A stretch of 56,292 bases of DNA, the filler included, from Sphacelaria rigidula (lineage: Eukaryota), in the NCBI GenBank assembly GCA_964200075.2. It is 6 parts of 6 records of this genome, joined end to end, with 100 filler letters (N's around TTAATTAATTAA, not from the genome) between each part and the next. Parts side by side here need not be neighbours in the genome. Positions count along the whole stretch, not along the records: positions 9,401 to 18,700 come from CAXNAA020008808.1; positions 18,801 to 28,099 come from CAXNAA020008809.1; 4 more parts are not named here. One strand, written 5' to 3'. The notes beneath the pieces were generated by a model, which did not search any database, was not told the DNA's origin, and saw only the letters and a program-made list of their open reading frames with translations. Below, piece after piece: positions 11,674 through 24,980 of the stretch (positions are counted from its first letter, which is position 1; each line of letters opens with the position of its first letter). The translations under genes were made by a program, and so were the position numbers.

Positions 11674-14656
11674 CATAATCATCAACACACATCCGCGGGC
11701 GACAGCGTAGCCGTGTCCTTTGTACGTGTTAGCGGCAACCGCTTGGCCGCACCGTTGAAACGAAGCCAGCATCATCAGCAACAATAGCAACAGCATTACC
11801 ACCATCATCAACAAAATACATGTCCTACCTGGTCACGTTGCTGATGACGATAACTATGACGACGAATGCTGAGACGTAGGGAGGCCCGGGCGGATAGAGG
11901 TGGCGACACAGTAAATAATGACAGCAAAAATAGGGGTGGCAACGAGACTTCTCTTGGATACTCGGGTCTGATATAATGGTGGGAGCAGGTGATGTTGTGA
12001 AGGGAAACGGCGTTGACGGTGTCATAGAGCAAGCGAGGTACTGCTAAATGCACGACGAGCTATCCATGAAAAATATTTCCAGCAGCAGTGGTGCCTACTT
12101 TGAATTCAGATAGTGCTAGTTGACACCGTAGATAGAGTGGAAGCGAACGATTTACCGAGCTTGCTAAAGTCCACCTTGAGGGAAAGAAGGAGGGTGAAAT
12201 GCCAGAATACATTTTTGATGAGCTAACGCCCTTGAGTTGACGTGTGTGTTTCCCACGCCTCTCTCTCTCTCCCTCTAACGGTGTGTCATTTTTGTCTGGC
12301 ACGACACTACATTTTCACCTCCGCTGATCCTGGCTGACCCATCCTTTTATTTCAATCGTCAAATTGGCGAACCTCTCCTCACATATCGCCGCTACACTCC
12401 TTTTTTTGTGACTGATCGTGCGATCATCACGGCGGGCACGCACGGGGTCACTTGAAGCGCACTGGGAATAGCTGGGTCTCACGTGAACCCGCGCATGATG
12501 CTATCACTCGAAGGTCTATAAAGCAGCTACGCATCCTCATGAGATGGATGTACAACTGACTTCTGCGCACGACAACCAGCTTCGAGAGTACCGCAACATT
12601 GTCCTTAATCTCTTCGGTTAGTCTTCAGGTAGATTTGGGTACAGTGTAGTTTGGCAATATTTCGAACGGGGCCAGCCTGGAGCAGTTTGTGGGCCTTGAA
12701 CAGCTTTACACGGGCCGTTTTAGAGAGTTAGACACTGAATTTTTGACACATTGGTTACGTCATCAAGACGGCGAAGCATAATGCCACACATGAGGAGAAA
12801 ATATCACGTTAGAGTTGTATCAGGATTCTGACAGCACTTTAAAGTGCCAAAAATCAACGAAAATAAGTACATCAGTTTCATTTTCGGTCAAGGAAACACG
12901 TTTCTGCGTATTGACGCAAAGAACGCACGTATGAAGTTTCAGCTCGTAGCTTCTGAAACTGAGTCGTGCCTTTTCGGTCAATATATACGTAACGGTGCAG
13001 GCATGTCGCTCCATAGGCCCTCTCGTCGTGTGTGCGCCTCCCTAGAGATACGCATTTTTTCATCAGGTCGGTGAAAAGAAAATGGCATTACTCCATGGGA
13101 AATGAACGTCTTTGCTTGAATGAAGACCTCTTATCTTAAGTGCGGAGGGTTCTTGTAGAACTAGGTCCAAAGATCCTAAACTTGGGTGCGGCGTTCCGCT
13201 TTTTGTGTGACACCGCTGCACCCCGAAGGTCCAAGTGGTACAGGAGACTCCAGCTACTGAGATCATTAGTGCGAATCCCGACAGATACCCTTTTTCGCAG
13301 AATCCGCTTCCGTCGGTGAGGTCATATACTATGTAGTACATGGCCCGTTGTGTCCTTTTCCAAGCGGCAGAGCGTGCATCAGCAGGTGGGTCCACACTTC
13401 ACAGCGATGTATCTACATTGGGTGAATTCGGGAAACTGGAAAGTCGGTGTGTGCTAGAGAAATGTCGATGTGAAAGCTGGCTCAGCTCGTATAAGTGTAC
13501 AGTCTAAGGGGAACTGCGCATCGTCGTGATGGTCTGCTGGCACACGTATGTGGTTGGTGAGTTGAATCTCAGTCACGGCGTGTTCTACACAAGACGACAA
13601 GGAGGCCGCTGCAAGCACGCTCGATTTGTTGAAAGAGGAGTCCAGGGCAATAGCAGAGTTCACCCGTTGATACTTGTAGGCACTATGACGAAACTGTGGT
13701 CTTGAGAGAGGTATAGTGGGTGTTTACGAGAGATAAACACACGATGAAAACATCAACATATTTTCAGTTTAGTCATCTACCACACATCGTTGTCTCGGCT
13801 CATCCCGCTCACCGCATCCACAGTATAGTAGTGGTAGTCTTGTTCTTCGTTCGTCCCACAAGTCGTGGGGTGCGTTCTGTCACTAGAGAGAGGTCCATCG
13901 CACTTTTTCTCTCAGCAAGATCCTACATGTTTTATGGGCTGGATCCCACAACTTTCTCCTCAATCTGCCAAGTCCACCGCACGTACGAGCCGCAGAAATA
14001 ACAACAAAGCATTGGCCAGAGAAGGTCATATTGTGAGTGCGCAGTTATTGTCGCGTGTTGATGCCACTTGTTACGGGATCGAGGGTCCAAGCCGATCAAC
14101 AGCAGAACATCATATGTAGGCCGTTCGGTAGCGTTTATTCAGGAAGTAGACGGCCAGGCGGATAGTAGCACCTCCGAAGAACTTGCTCTACTCTCTGGGA
14201 GGATTCTGGAACACGTTTGGCGACTTTTGATGCGCGCAGAGTGTCCCTGGCTGGGTCGGAAAGAATGAAACACGGCAGAAATTGTAAGGAGGTGCCTGAT
14301 CCACGACCATAGCCTCTGTGTGAATCTCGATTTGAAGTCAAACCACGCACACCGAAAATCGTCAAAAGTGATGAAGGGTGTCGGGGTCCTCTCTCAGGTA
14401 GTAGAGAGAAGGTAGTAGTAGAGGGAGTCATTCCAAGGTGGCATGCTCTAGTTCTCGTGCTTTGTTTTCTCACCCAAGTATTCGTAGCGCTTCCAATGGG
14501 CCAAAACATCATATGCTCATCATGCACCGTTACACCGTCATATTACCATGGAAAAAGATCTCATCAAGAGCGACCTTCTGTCGATAGTAGAGACCTTCGC
14601 CTGGAGAACAAGAATGGGATGATGCTGCGATTGCTCCTCACCCCAAACCAGCGCCT

Positions 14657-14685
14657 TATGACTATGGCATGCATGATCATGAGTA
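14657..14685 (+). mobile_element. Family A minimal copy (29 bp) with 18-19 bp TSD
   Basis: CACCCCAAACCAGCGCCT [TATGACTATGGCATGCATGATCATGAGTA] CACCCCAAAACCAGCGCCT. Confidence 0.8.
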
Positions 14686-14900
14686 CACCCCAAAACCAGC
14701 GCCTCCAAACTGCCACGAAGATAGCGGCCATACAACGCACGATGGTTGGTGTCAGACGGCATGAAGCACCTCATATGGGCGATAGGATTGGTGAAACAGG
14801 TCCAACTCGTGGGAATTCCTGTCTGCTCGGTGCGCTCAGCTTCAGTCATTTTGATTCGCATGTAGATTCTGCCTCCTAAAAAAAGCCACTTTTCTAGGGG
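14686..14900 (+). mobile_element. Family B dispersed repeat of about 210 bp (MITE-like)
   Basis: Colinear with 30030-30248 and 32330-32543; C-run at the left end and G-run at the right end form short TIRs. Confidence 0.7.
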
Positions 14901-15136
14901 GAACCATCTTGGGGTCACTCTATGGCTGCGAGGCCTTGGGGATCTTCCTTACCGCAGCAGTACTCGCGCGTCGGAATCAACTCACAAACGATTTTTTCAT
15001 CTTTGGCATGGTCTACTTTCTTGATCGATTTCCGCCTTTTTCCCCGTAAGATGAATCATTATGGGATACTGTCGAGTAACTATTTCTGTTTTTTCCGGCA
15101 TTCCCGATCCCCCAACAACAATCACGCGTCCAACAA

Positions 15137-15540
15137 CATATTTGTGTGTTCAGGAACAAATTTTGTTTTCGGAACAGGAGTCATTTTGTGATTAACACCA
15201 AGATGGTCGAGTCGTCTGAAACGACCGTCACTCCCCTGAAATGAAAGCCCGTGATCTGACGGGAATTTTGGCGCAGTCAGATTTGAAATCGGCGACACCT
15301 TCCATGTGATACGGCTGAAGAAGTGTATTTTCCCTTTTTCTTCCCTGTTTTGGACGAATTCCTCTTCATTACTTTGCACTGACAACGTCGATTTTGCAGC
15401 ATTTTGCCCCGATTTTCCCGTCAGGTCACGGGCTTTCAGAGGGGTGACGGCCGTTTCGGACGATTCGACGGTCTTGGTGTATATCATGAAAACCTTGTCG
15501 CGTTCCAAGAAAAACTCCGAGCCTAAACTCACGAACACGC
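15137..15540. mobile_element. Foldback element
   Basis: ACACCAAGATGGTCGAGTCGTCTGAAACGACCGTCAC...AAAGCCCGTGATCTGACGGGAA mirrored by TTCCCGTCAGGTCACGGGCTTTC...GTGACGGCCGTTTCGGACGATTCGACGGTCTTGGTGT. Confidence 0.8.
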
Positions 15541-16239
15541 TGTCCGTAGTAGACGGGAAAACTATCGACATTTTCATCTCAGTCCCCAGAGGAAGCAAAA
15601 AAACACAGACCTGTCAGAACTGGGTCAAGTTCTGGCAGGTATCTCACCCTCTCATAACTGTTTTTCTTACATTCTCGGGCACTATAATCAACATGGTGGA
15701 CATGCCACTCCCACCTCTCACCATCCACACCAAAGCATCACACCTACGGCGGCTGTATCTACCGACAAGCTGTATCTATGCCTTGCGTACAGCGCTTGTG
15801 TAAGAAGAGGGGTGGCTTCTTACAGCGAAATTTGAACGAGCTTGAGAGTATATGAGTCTGTGGGGTCGGCTTTCTAGCGGAACAGGCCTTCAGTCTTGCG
15901 GGGCACCCATCGACCATCGCACGTACGGGTTGCTCACGATCTGGAGCTGGATCATGACAGGTGTGGTCCACCACGTCTCTCTGACTGCTGCTTGGTCGCA
16001 CCGCGTACGTTCCCGGGTTCAAGTTCAAACGTGCGACCGACCGATACTGCATAGTACCACTGTCAAACATAAGGAGCCATGATTGATTTTTTTTGTTTCT
16101 CCTGCACATGATTGTGCATTCTCAAAGCTGGAAAGCTAATTGACGAGAAATATTAGCTCGACTTTTCTCATATGAATATGGGTCTAGGGTCTCTCCTCAT
16201 GGCAAAAAATACAAACAAAGCGTCCTGTTCATATGATTT

Positions 16240-17010
16240 TTTGGCCCTTCTTCGACATTCCACGCCCTGAAAGAGAACCAGGCGGAGTTTGACACCTTGG
16301 AATGACTTGATCTGCTCGTCGAGACGGTTCCCGAACGTCTCGATGTTTTCCGGTGGCCGCAGTTTTGATGTTGGTCAAACAGGCATTTTTGTCCAGAGAC
16401 GACCAAGTCCAGAGAAAAATGGCATTTTGTTTTCTATATTTGACTTCCTTGATCATTCATGGACGAAAATGCAAGTTTGGGCGAAATAAAAACTGCGGTC
16501 GCCGGAAAACTCGAAGATGTCATGAAACCGTCTCAACGAGTAGAGCGAATCATTCTGAGGTGTCAGACTCCGGCTAGCTCTCTCTGCGATGTAAAACGAC
16601 GAAGAAGGACAAAAAAAAGCATTTTTACAGGAGGACATTACTTTGTTCGCCTCAAGTACCGGCGTGGGAGAGCTGTGCGGAGTTTGACACCTTGAAATGA
16701 CTTGCTCTAGTCGTTGAGACGATACTTCTTCGAGTTTGCCGGTGTCTGCAGTTTACATTTCGCCCAAACTTGCATTTCTGTCCATGGACAGTCAATACTG
16801 GCCGAATCTAGGCAAAACTGTCATTCTCCTCAGTACTTGACTGTCTCAGGACAAACAAGCTTGTTCAGCCAACAGTAGTCGCGGCCACCGGTAAACGCGA
16901 AGACGTCCTACAACCGTTTCGACGAGTAGAGCGAGTCGTTCCAAGACGTCGACATCCGCCTAGCGCCTTCTTTGAGCGGGTACAACGACGCAGAAGGAGG
17001 AAAAAGGCAG
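16240..17010. repeat. Four alternating-orientation copies of a unit of about 150 bp (tandem double foldback)
   Basis: GGAGTTTGACACCTTG(G/A)AATGACTTG forward at about 16284 and 16679, reversed at about 16460-16620 and 16840-17010; another copy at 37265-37420. Confidence 0.8.
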
Positions 17011-17474
17011 GTATATTTTCATATATTTTCATTTGTTCGCAATAAGAAGCGGCCTGGGAAGTTGTTCATAAACACCGAAACGGTATCTTGTATTGTTTGT
17101 ATATAATGAATGGTCTGTCCACGAAATAGTGGCAACGTTTGCCCGGCCGGAAAAGTGCAAAAATAATGATATCTCTACGAAAATATGCCGAAAGGTAAAC
17201 TAGATCCGACAAATTCAATCGGAACTTCAGGTACGGAGGGTACGCGGAGCTTTGACCCCCTGAACCACGGAAAAGCCTTTCTTCGATAGACCCCCCGAAA
17301 CCAGCCTTCTTGATTCCTTTTCCTTATTGTGTTTCTTTTCTTCCCTACCATCCCATTTTCTATCTTCTTCCCTCTACTGCTTCTCTACATATCCCCCCCC
17401 CCCCCTTTTCTCTCTTCTGTTTTTTCCTGTTTTTTATTCTCTGTTTCCTTTTCTGTTTTTCCCTCTTTCTGTCG

Positions 17475-18005
17475 CTACCATAGCACAGCCCGGATAGACA
17501 TGAAATAGAGAAGCGAACCATCCCTTTTCTTTACCCTACCATATCACAGCCCGGACAAAGACATGGAATGACGAAGCAAACCATCCCTTTTCCTTCAACC
17601 AACAATAGCCCAGCCCGAACATAGACATGGAATAGAGAAACTATCCCTTCTTTTTCTTTCACCTACCATATCACAGCCTGGACATCGGCATGGAATGACG
17701 AATCTAACCCTCCTTTTTCTTTCACTTACCATAACACAGCCCGGACATGGACATGAAAAAAAGATGCCAACCCTGCTTTTTCTTTAATCTATTATATCAC
17801 AGTCCGGACATAGACATGGAATAGAGAGGCTAACTCTGCTTCTGCTTTAACCTACCATAACACAGCCCGGACATAGATATGAAATGAAGATGCTCACCAT
17901 CCTTTTTCTTTAACCTACCATAATGCAGCTCAGATATAGATATGAAATGAAGAAGCTTACCACCCTTTTTCTTTAGTCCTACAATAACACAGCACAGATA
18001 GAGAC
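17475..18005 (+). repeat. Minisatellite, about 9 copies of a ~63 bp unit
   Basis: CTACCATAWCACAGCCCGGACATAGACATGGAAT...CCCTTTTTCTTT units at about 17475, 17536, 17599, 17663, 17726, 17789, 17852, 17915 and 17979. Confidence 0.9.
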
Positions 18006-18700
18006 GTAAGTTAGAGAAAAAAACAGATCTACTCTCCCATATCAAGCCAGGATATAAACGAGATTTTTCTCCCACATCATAACAAAGGCAAAACAAAAAT
18101 AACACCAAAACCTAGACAAATAAGTATAAGCATGAAGGTTGACCACCGGCACCGGATAGAGTAGGGTCATCACCCCCTTCATGTTGATTTCGCATGGAGG
18201 TTGGGGTCTCGTGGTGAGATACCCGTAAAGCCTGACCGGTTTTCAGTAGGCGGTGGGAATATGGTCAGCCATTTCCCTAAAATTCCCGATATTGGATGCA
18301 GAAGGCGCCTGATGAAGGGAAGGGGTGGAAAAGGCATGGCATGAAGGTCAAGACCTACTTCACTCATGATACAAACACCTTACCAATGACCGACCACATG
18401 ACCTACGAGAACGAGCACCAAGCGGCACGTAGACACCCTAGAGATCTTGAAGGATAGAAGCTGGTACAAAGTGTGGGAGAATCGTTGGCCAAGCTTCCGA
18501 CAGCGAAGGTCTAGTCGGAAGTATTGTTGGAGTAGCGACCCACGGTGAACCGTACACGCAGTGGGAACAAGTGATGTACGGGACATCCCGATGTGAGTAA
18601 GACCTTGTGTTATGCAAGCCGCCCTCGAATCACACACGGTGAAAATGACCTCCCTGGAGGAAAGTAGCCAGTACATCAGCGGGGCAAGAAGATAGAAGAT

Positions 18701-18800
18701 NNNNNNNNNNNNNNNNNNNNNNNNNNNNNNNNNNNNNNNNNNNNTTAATTAATTAANNNNNNNNNNNNNNNNNNNNNNNNNNNNNNNNNNNNNNNNNNNN
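18701..18800. other. Artificial contig linker
   Basis: Same N44-TTAATTAATTAA-N44 spacer. Confidence 0.99.
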
Positions 18801-21639
18801 AAGCACTGTTTTAGGCTTGAACCTCATCTCGAAGTGAAACCTCAATTCGCGCAACTTGTTGTTACATGTTACGGTGGGTGACCTCTCTACAGACGATAGT
18901 CACTATATTAGAGCAACGAAAGCTAGCTATGATGGGGTTTGCCTGCCGCACTGCCGCCAGCGTTGGTTGAAAGCCACAAGACATTTGCGGTCGGCGATTG
19001 ATGGCGTGGGTGTCAAATGCAACGACACGTGGTTGATGGTAGAGCACTCTTGTGCCTCGTGGGGTCATATCTCGCACCGGCTTGTACTGCATGACCTCCT
19101 CACATCGGAATTGATCCTGCGAAGCTACTGTACCGAGGTGTTCACGCAGCGGGGTGTGCTCCAGATTGCAGCATTGACGCACCCCTGTGCACCACGCTAG
19201 CAGCAGTTAGTTCACCACCATAGGTATCGTTTTTCACTCCGCATGTCAAGAAGGTCTCCACAACTCTTTAATTTCCCCCCCCCCTCCCAACGGACCTGTG
19301 GCACGCTCTTGTGGTCGGGTACCTAGATGGTCACATGTCGGGGGAAATCAATGATGAATGACGCCTCCCAAGTTCAAATTGGATCTGTTGTTATTGCCGC
19401 AACATCACCCTTGCTGGCATGTGTGTGACAGAGAAACAGTAGCAGTGACGGGAACATTGCCCTGTTTTTCAACGACATGTTTTTCAGCGCACAGAGGCGC
19501 TCCCTGTCCAAAAAAAAAGGCGGAGATGAATCGATCTTCGCATTGGTGAGCTCCACAGACAAGAAGATACGAGATCCCTCCGCAGCTCGATGTTCTTTGG
19601 GGGGGTGTTGTTACAAACAGACGGTATAGCGGTGGGTTCTCAGCATTAGGCATCGCTACTGGCTTACAGGAAGGCGATATGTCTCGTGGTCTCGAACAAG
19701 CATCCAGTTGAGTCAAATCATGCGCATACAAAAACGTGATGACTAATATATACCATGTTGGCTATGCCGGAACATGTTGCAAATACACCATACTGTTTGT
19801 GCACTGAAATCCATTTACTATACTATCATGACGACATATATCACATACTGACGTACCGAGTATGGTCCAGGGATCCGTACTGTATTGCCTCACCGTGTTC
19901 AGCAACCAACCAGCAAAAACATAGCAAGAGGGAATACGTCCAACGCAGTACAGTTCACATGGAACGGCGAGGATCTTGATCACAGCTTCAGAAGCGGTTC
20001 AGTTTCTCTTTCGTGGTGGTGGTTTTGATAGCCTCATCATTCACATAAGCTCTTAGCTCGTTGTGCTCCTAAAGAGAGTGAAATCCAAGGGTCGCACCGG
20101 GTAATGTTAACCACGGCGCGCACGGACGCGTGTCTGTAACCTTTACAAAGGACACCACTCCCTCTCCTCTCGTTGAAATACCCGTAGGTCACATCAACTA
20201 GCCCTCCGAGCCCGTCAGTCGAATAGCTGGGCTCATCCTCGTACTACCCTCCCCCCTCCATCGCACTCGAAGCACCCCGCTTCCCCACGTAGTGATGCCT
20301 TGAAGCTTCTGCCATAGGTGCTACCTCCTGGAAAGACTACAGCAGTGCCGAGCTGAAGCACCACGTGTATCATTATGAGAATTTCTTTCGGCGAGTACGA
20401 TACGAAGATGAAGACTGGAAACAGCCATCTCGCTTGGAAGTTGAGCGCCCCAAGCTGGAACGGAGGAGCCAAAGATAGACTGCAGCCATGGACGTGTACG
20501 AATGGCTGTTGTGTGATGTGGTATACGATATCATTGCGAGAGAAATACGGTTGTGAAATAAGGGAATATGTAACTATATATTGCTGCTATCGCACGCTTC
20601 AGTCATGAATTTCGAGTGTTCCTTGTCTTTTTCTTGTGCCGCTTTGTCAGCGATTGCTTCCCATTTGGTAATATACGGGCACATGTGTGAGCCAAGGCGC
20701 GTGGGCTCTATTTCCAGTAGAAAAGGTGTCGGTAGTTACAGAAGAACACCCCTCAAAAACTGCACTCCTGTAACTACTGATCAGTTCGCGGAGAGGTTGT
20801 TTTTAGCGAGGTTTGAGCCCCGCACTACCCTAGAATCTAGTGTAACTGATCCAGGGTGTCGACGCGCGGTAAAGCTAACTAGCCGATTGTTCTCAAGTCT
20901 AACTGAGATCCCGGGAAAACGACAGCGACTGTACTTGTCTGCTGTTTCTGTCGTTGGAAAGGGCGTTATAGATTTTTTCCTTTCCTAACGGATGGAGTTT
21001 TCCCCTGCTTATCAGGCTTTACCTATTCATTTGATCTGCAACGAGTTTTCCCCTGTACTGTAATTTAGCAGGTTTTTCTCGTTTTACTTTCAGGCGTATG
21101 ATGCACAGGCTTTGTGTTTGTTCTGGCCCTTCCAACCCTCCAATAAATTGTGTGCAGCCATATAAACATCGCTAGGGGGATATTACAAATTTATTGGTCA
21201 TGTTCCAGTCGACTGGGTTCCATTTGTCATACATTATCATGCTTGGTACCTGATGGGTCATACTACATTAATTGGATTGACTTGGCCGCCCCCCTTGGGT
21301 CACAGCGTTTTGGACTATGCATCTTAACTAGCAAAGCACAAGTTAGCCTGTACGCCAATAATACAAGAGCATCTACGCCATCACGGACTGCTATCTCAGA
21401 GGATTCTCTAGTGATCACAAATGTAAGCCTGACCTTCATGCAACACACGTTGTGCTGCAGCCCGGGCGGCTCATGGCATACCACCTGACCACTGGTGCGG
21501 TGGCTGACTTCACACTTGGAAACGTCGAGCTCAATGGCTTCGATACTAATGATTGTGTTTGAGCCCGCTAGCCCCCGGTGCCCACTGAACTGGCATCTTC
21601 CTACCAATGTGGTGAGTATCGAGCCATGACACTTCCGCT

Positions 21640-23120
21640 GAGTCAATCGTCCCCGCCTCCAGAATTCCCCGCCATTCCCGCCCTATCGAGTCCCTCCATA
21701 GAGCGCACCGCCTGCGTGTATCCGTCGGGGACCTCGAGGTCCTCTGCTGGACATTGTGGGAGTTCCGGCGGGATGTGCAGCGGGCACTGCTCGCGCAAAG
21801 CGGCATCTATATCTTCACGCGTCGCCAGCCTCGTCACGAGTCACATCGGTATCCACCCGCGCCCCCCTTCATCATCATCCTTGCCCTGTCGCCCGGCATC
21901 ACCTACGCCGCGCGTGAGGAGAGCAGACAGCAGAGATCGCTTCTCCAACTGATGCATGAGTCCCCAGCTGTGGTGCAAGAGTGCGACCTTGTCGGTCTTG
22001 TATTGCGTCGACCCCGACCACTTACACCCTGGCTGCCGGGGGTCTGTTTCCAGATCCAGCTCCTTCCTCACTTTCATCGGGAGCGGCGAGAAAGAATGGC
22101 CCATCACTTCAGAGGCAGATGATGCATCGCGCGACGCAGTCGAGGAAGATTCCGATGGTATCGGGGATGGAATCGGGGCCGAAGAGCCGGAGAAGATCGG
22201 CGGGGATGTCTGTAGTGTTTGATGCATCGGCGGAGTCGGCGGGCGCGGCGGCGTTTGTTGCATCGGTGGAAAGGTCGGTTGTGGCGGCGGCAGCGGCTCG
22301 AACTCCACTGTGTGATATGTCGGCGTGAGCAGCGGTGTAGTTGTTGGCTGCTCCTGCTGCGGTGAGGCGACAACGGCGGCGGTACTGGTATTAACCTCCT
22401 TCTCCTCGACGAGCAGCGTTCCGTGGTGCTGTCCTGTTGGCGGCGCGGCGGCGGAGGCGACGGTACTGGAATGGGCCTCTCCTCCCCCCCGACGAGCGGC
22501 GTTGCCGACAATCGCAGTGGCACACGTGGTACCGTCCAGACAGCGTTGTTTGTGTAGCAGACTGCACAGGTAGCAGCCTTCAGGACCTTCACCGTCGATG
22601 AAGAATGGTTATTGCCATTATTGAGGTAACGGCAGGCCACGGACTGAACATCCATTCTCCCTCGGTGATTGACCCGCATCATGCCGGGTTGCAGAAACGG
22701 CACAGTCTGTAGCGGCGGGCGCTCGCCGGTGAACACTTCATAAGGTGGCAGTCTTCCCGGGTTCGCCGTAGTGGCGGAACGATTGAACCCGTCCGCTGCC
22801 CACACCGCGGCCTCCATCCATAGACGCTTCATGTTCTTCCTCAGGTGAGGTATGTCGTCGAAGCGGCACTCCGGGAACAGATGTCGCGCTTCGAGACGGG
22901 CTGCGTGGCCCCCCTTTATGACCCTTCAAATTGCATTTTCCACCACAGCGTTGTACTTCGGAGTGTTGGGGGCAGTGTACTCACGACGAACCGTTGCATC
23001 GTCGCAGAAGGCGCCGAAGGCGTTGGAGGTGAACTCGCCACCGTTGTCCACACGAAAACAACCTGGGGTACCGATGGCGCTGACGTCGGCGATGAAACGC
23101 TTCACCTTCACCAGCGTGTC
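21640..23120 (-). mobile_element. Ty1/copia pol fragment (integrase to start of RT), pseudogenised
   Basis: FRVDNGGEF...EYTAPNTPKYNAVVENAI*; LWMEAAVWAADGFNRSAT...PPYEVFTGERP; downstream VPDGYTQAVRS resembles the PxTYxEA RT start; in-frame stop, frameshifts, no LTRs seen. Confidence 0.9.
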
Positions 23121-24008
23121 AGACTACATGCGACTTGAAATGCTGTCGTAGTCGTAGGTGAGATACGCTGCTGGGAGGCCGTCGCTCTCGTCGCTGACGT
23201 GCGCTCTTCCAGGCTCAGCTTCTCGTCCTGTGCTTGGCTTTGCTGTCGAAGATCTTGTACGTTTCTTGTTTTCTCCTGCATAATTCCTGATAGGGTCTCC
23301 CTTGCCGCGTCTTGGTCGGCGTCTGGCATTGTTGCGATGATATTGTCTTCTTTATTTTCCCAGTCCAATTTCGATGTTTGAAGAAACTCTGTGGTTACCC
23401 TGTGGCAATGCGTGGCCCGATCTCTAGCGTACTCATTGACGAGAAGAGTGCGTACGAGGATACACTATTATCACAGATTGGTGAAACGGTTCTGTACACA
23501 GACGGCCCTCTTTTGCATGAGTGTTGTACTGTGTACTCGTTCATGAAGCCGAAGAGCGGGTAGGCAGTAAACAATCCTTCGAGTACAGTGTCGTACCTTG
23601 GTACCCTCGGGTAACAGAATGCAGGACGCTATATCCGTACAGTACGTGATCATGCCGTGTGGTCGTACATGATGGCACGGCCATACGAGTAAAGAAAACC
23701 AACAGTGCGCGAGCAGAGTTTAGAAGTTCACCTCTCGAGTACATCGACACAATTAGGGGAGTACAATAACAGTCGTTATAGTGATATATGTGGCAGCGCA
23801 GCGCAGCATATATATGATGATACTATCGTCTGTTGTGTAGATGATTTGTTTCTTACCTTCTCCTGCGGGCTGTTTAGGTCATGAGTTTGTGTGGTATGCT
23901 TCTTGCACTGAGACCACCGTTTCGAGAGATCGAGCCAATGTGACGGATATAATGATAATCGATAATAATAATCGCCGCAAGGTACGGCGTCTCTCATTAT
24001 CCGCTTTT

Positions 24009-24344
24009 TAGACCCCATGCGGAGTTGCTCCAGCAGCTGGGGCGGACAGGAGGCGCGCTCTGTGCTGACACGTCACTGTCTTCTTCTGCTGTTGCGAAAA
24101 TATCAAACGCCGCGTACAATGCACGTACGTCACTTAAAAACAGTTCGGGGGGAGTCGCGATATCGGAATGATTTCCCGCGCGGTTTCTTCCCCCCAAATT
24201 GGGGGAAACCGTTCCGAGATCGTGACTCCCTCCTTCTTTCGCCCCCGATTTTGTCCATATCCGTGTCCATACAATGTGTTCCCCGATTTTCTTCTTCACG
24301 GTGCTCGAAAAAATCGACATTCGTGCCTGTCATAAAAGTGGGTC
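24009..24344 (+). mobile_element. Family D dispersed repeat (MITE-like)
   Basis: 24060-24344 is colinear with 37598-37880; termini TAGACCC / GGGTC(TA). Confidence 0.7.
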
Positions 24345-24552
24345 CTGGGGCTGGGGTGGGGAAATATATATGGTGGGCATCGTTTCCAATCGACTCGTCG
24401 ATCAGCTCCTCTTGCTGAAGCCCAAAAGGATATGAACTCGTACTTTCACATTCATCAATCTGATCAACGTACCGGAGTAGATATTCTCAACAAGTTTACC
24501 AAAACGTCGAGAATACTTCCACAGCGCGAGCTGAACCGAGTACTTACCAGTA

Positions 24553-24980
24553 CCCCATCCCGACTCCTCAAACCCGTGGACACAGACGTGGACCCCTTTC
24601 CACCAACAATATTTACTGAAATGAACCCGGCTTTGATGGTATCACACGAGTCTCGATTGAAAGCGACCTATGGTGCTACCGTCAACCTTGCGAAACCGAG
24701 GCATCAACATCCTCTTTCAGTGAGGCAAGTCTTTCACTACAGTATTGAAGGAAAATGGTACGTTGATGAACCCAACACGAATACCGGCACTCCTGGCCAC
24801 ACGCGAGCCCTCATGCTACTAACCCCCTATTCCTACTTTCCGAACCCGTCGACACAGACATGGACCCCGTTTCCACCAACATTTCATGAGATTAACACGC
24901 ACTTGATGGTGATGTTACACGCGTCTAGATTTCAAGCGACCCACAATGCAACCGCCGAAGCTGCGAAACCGAGGCATCCC
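24553..24980 (+). repeat. Diverged direct duplication (about 155 bp core, period about 270 bp)
   Basis: AACCCGTSGACACAGACRTGGACCCC...TTTCCACCAACA...TGCGAAACCGAGGCATC occurs twice. Confidence 0.8.

Noticed and set aside
17475-18005. CRISPR array or coding 21-aa repeat
   Set aside because: Inter-motif segments are homologous to each other, unit length varies 61-64 bp and stops interrupt the frames
18856-20470. Possible LINE RT (CGFQPT) and gypsy Tudor-like (RRVRYEDEDW) remnants
   Set aside because: Only single short motifs; too decayed to support a call without a database search
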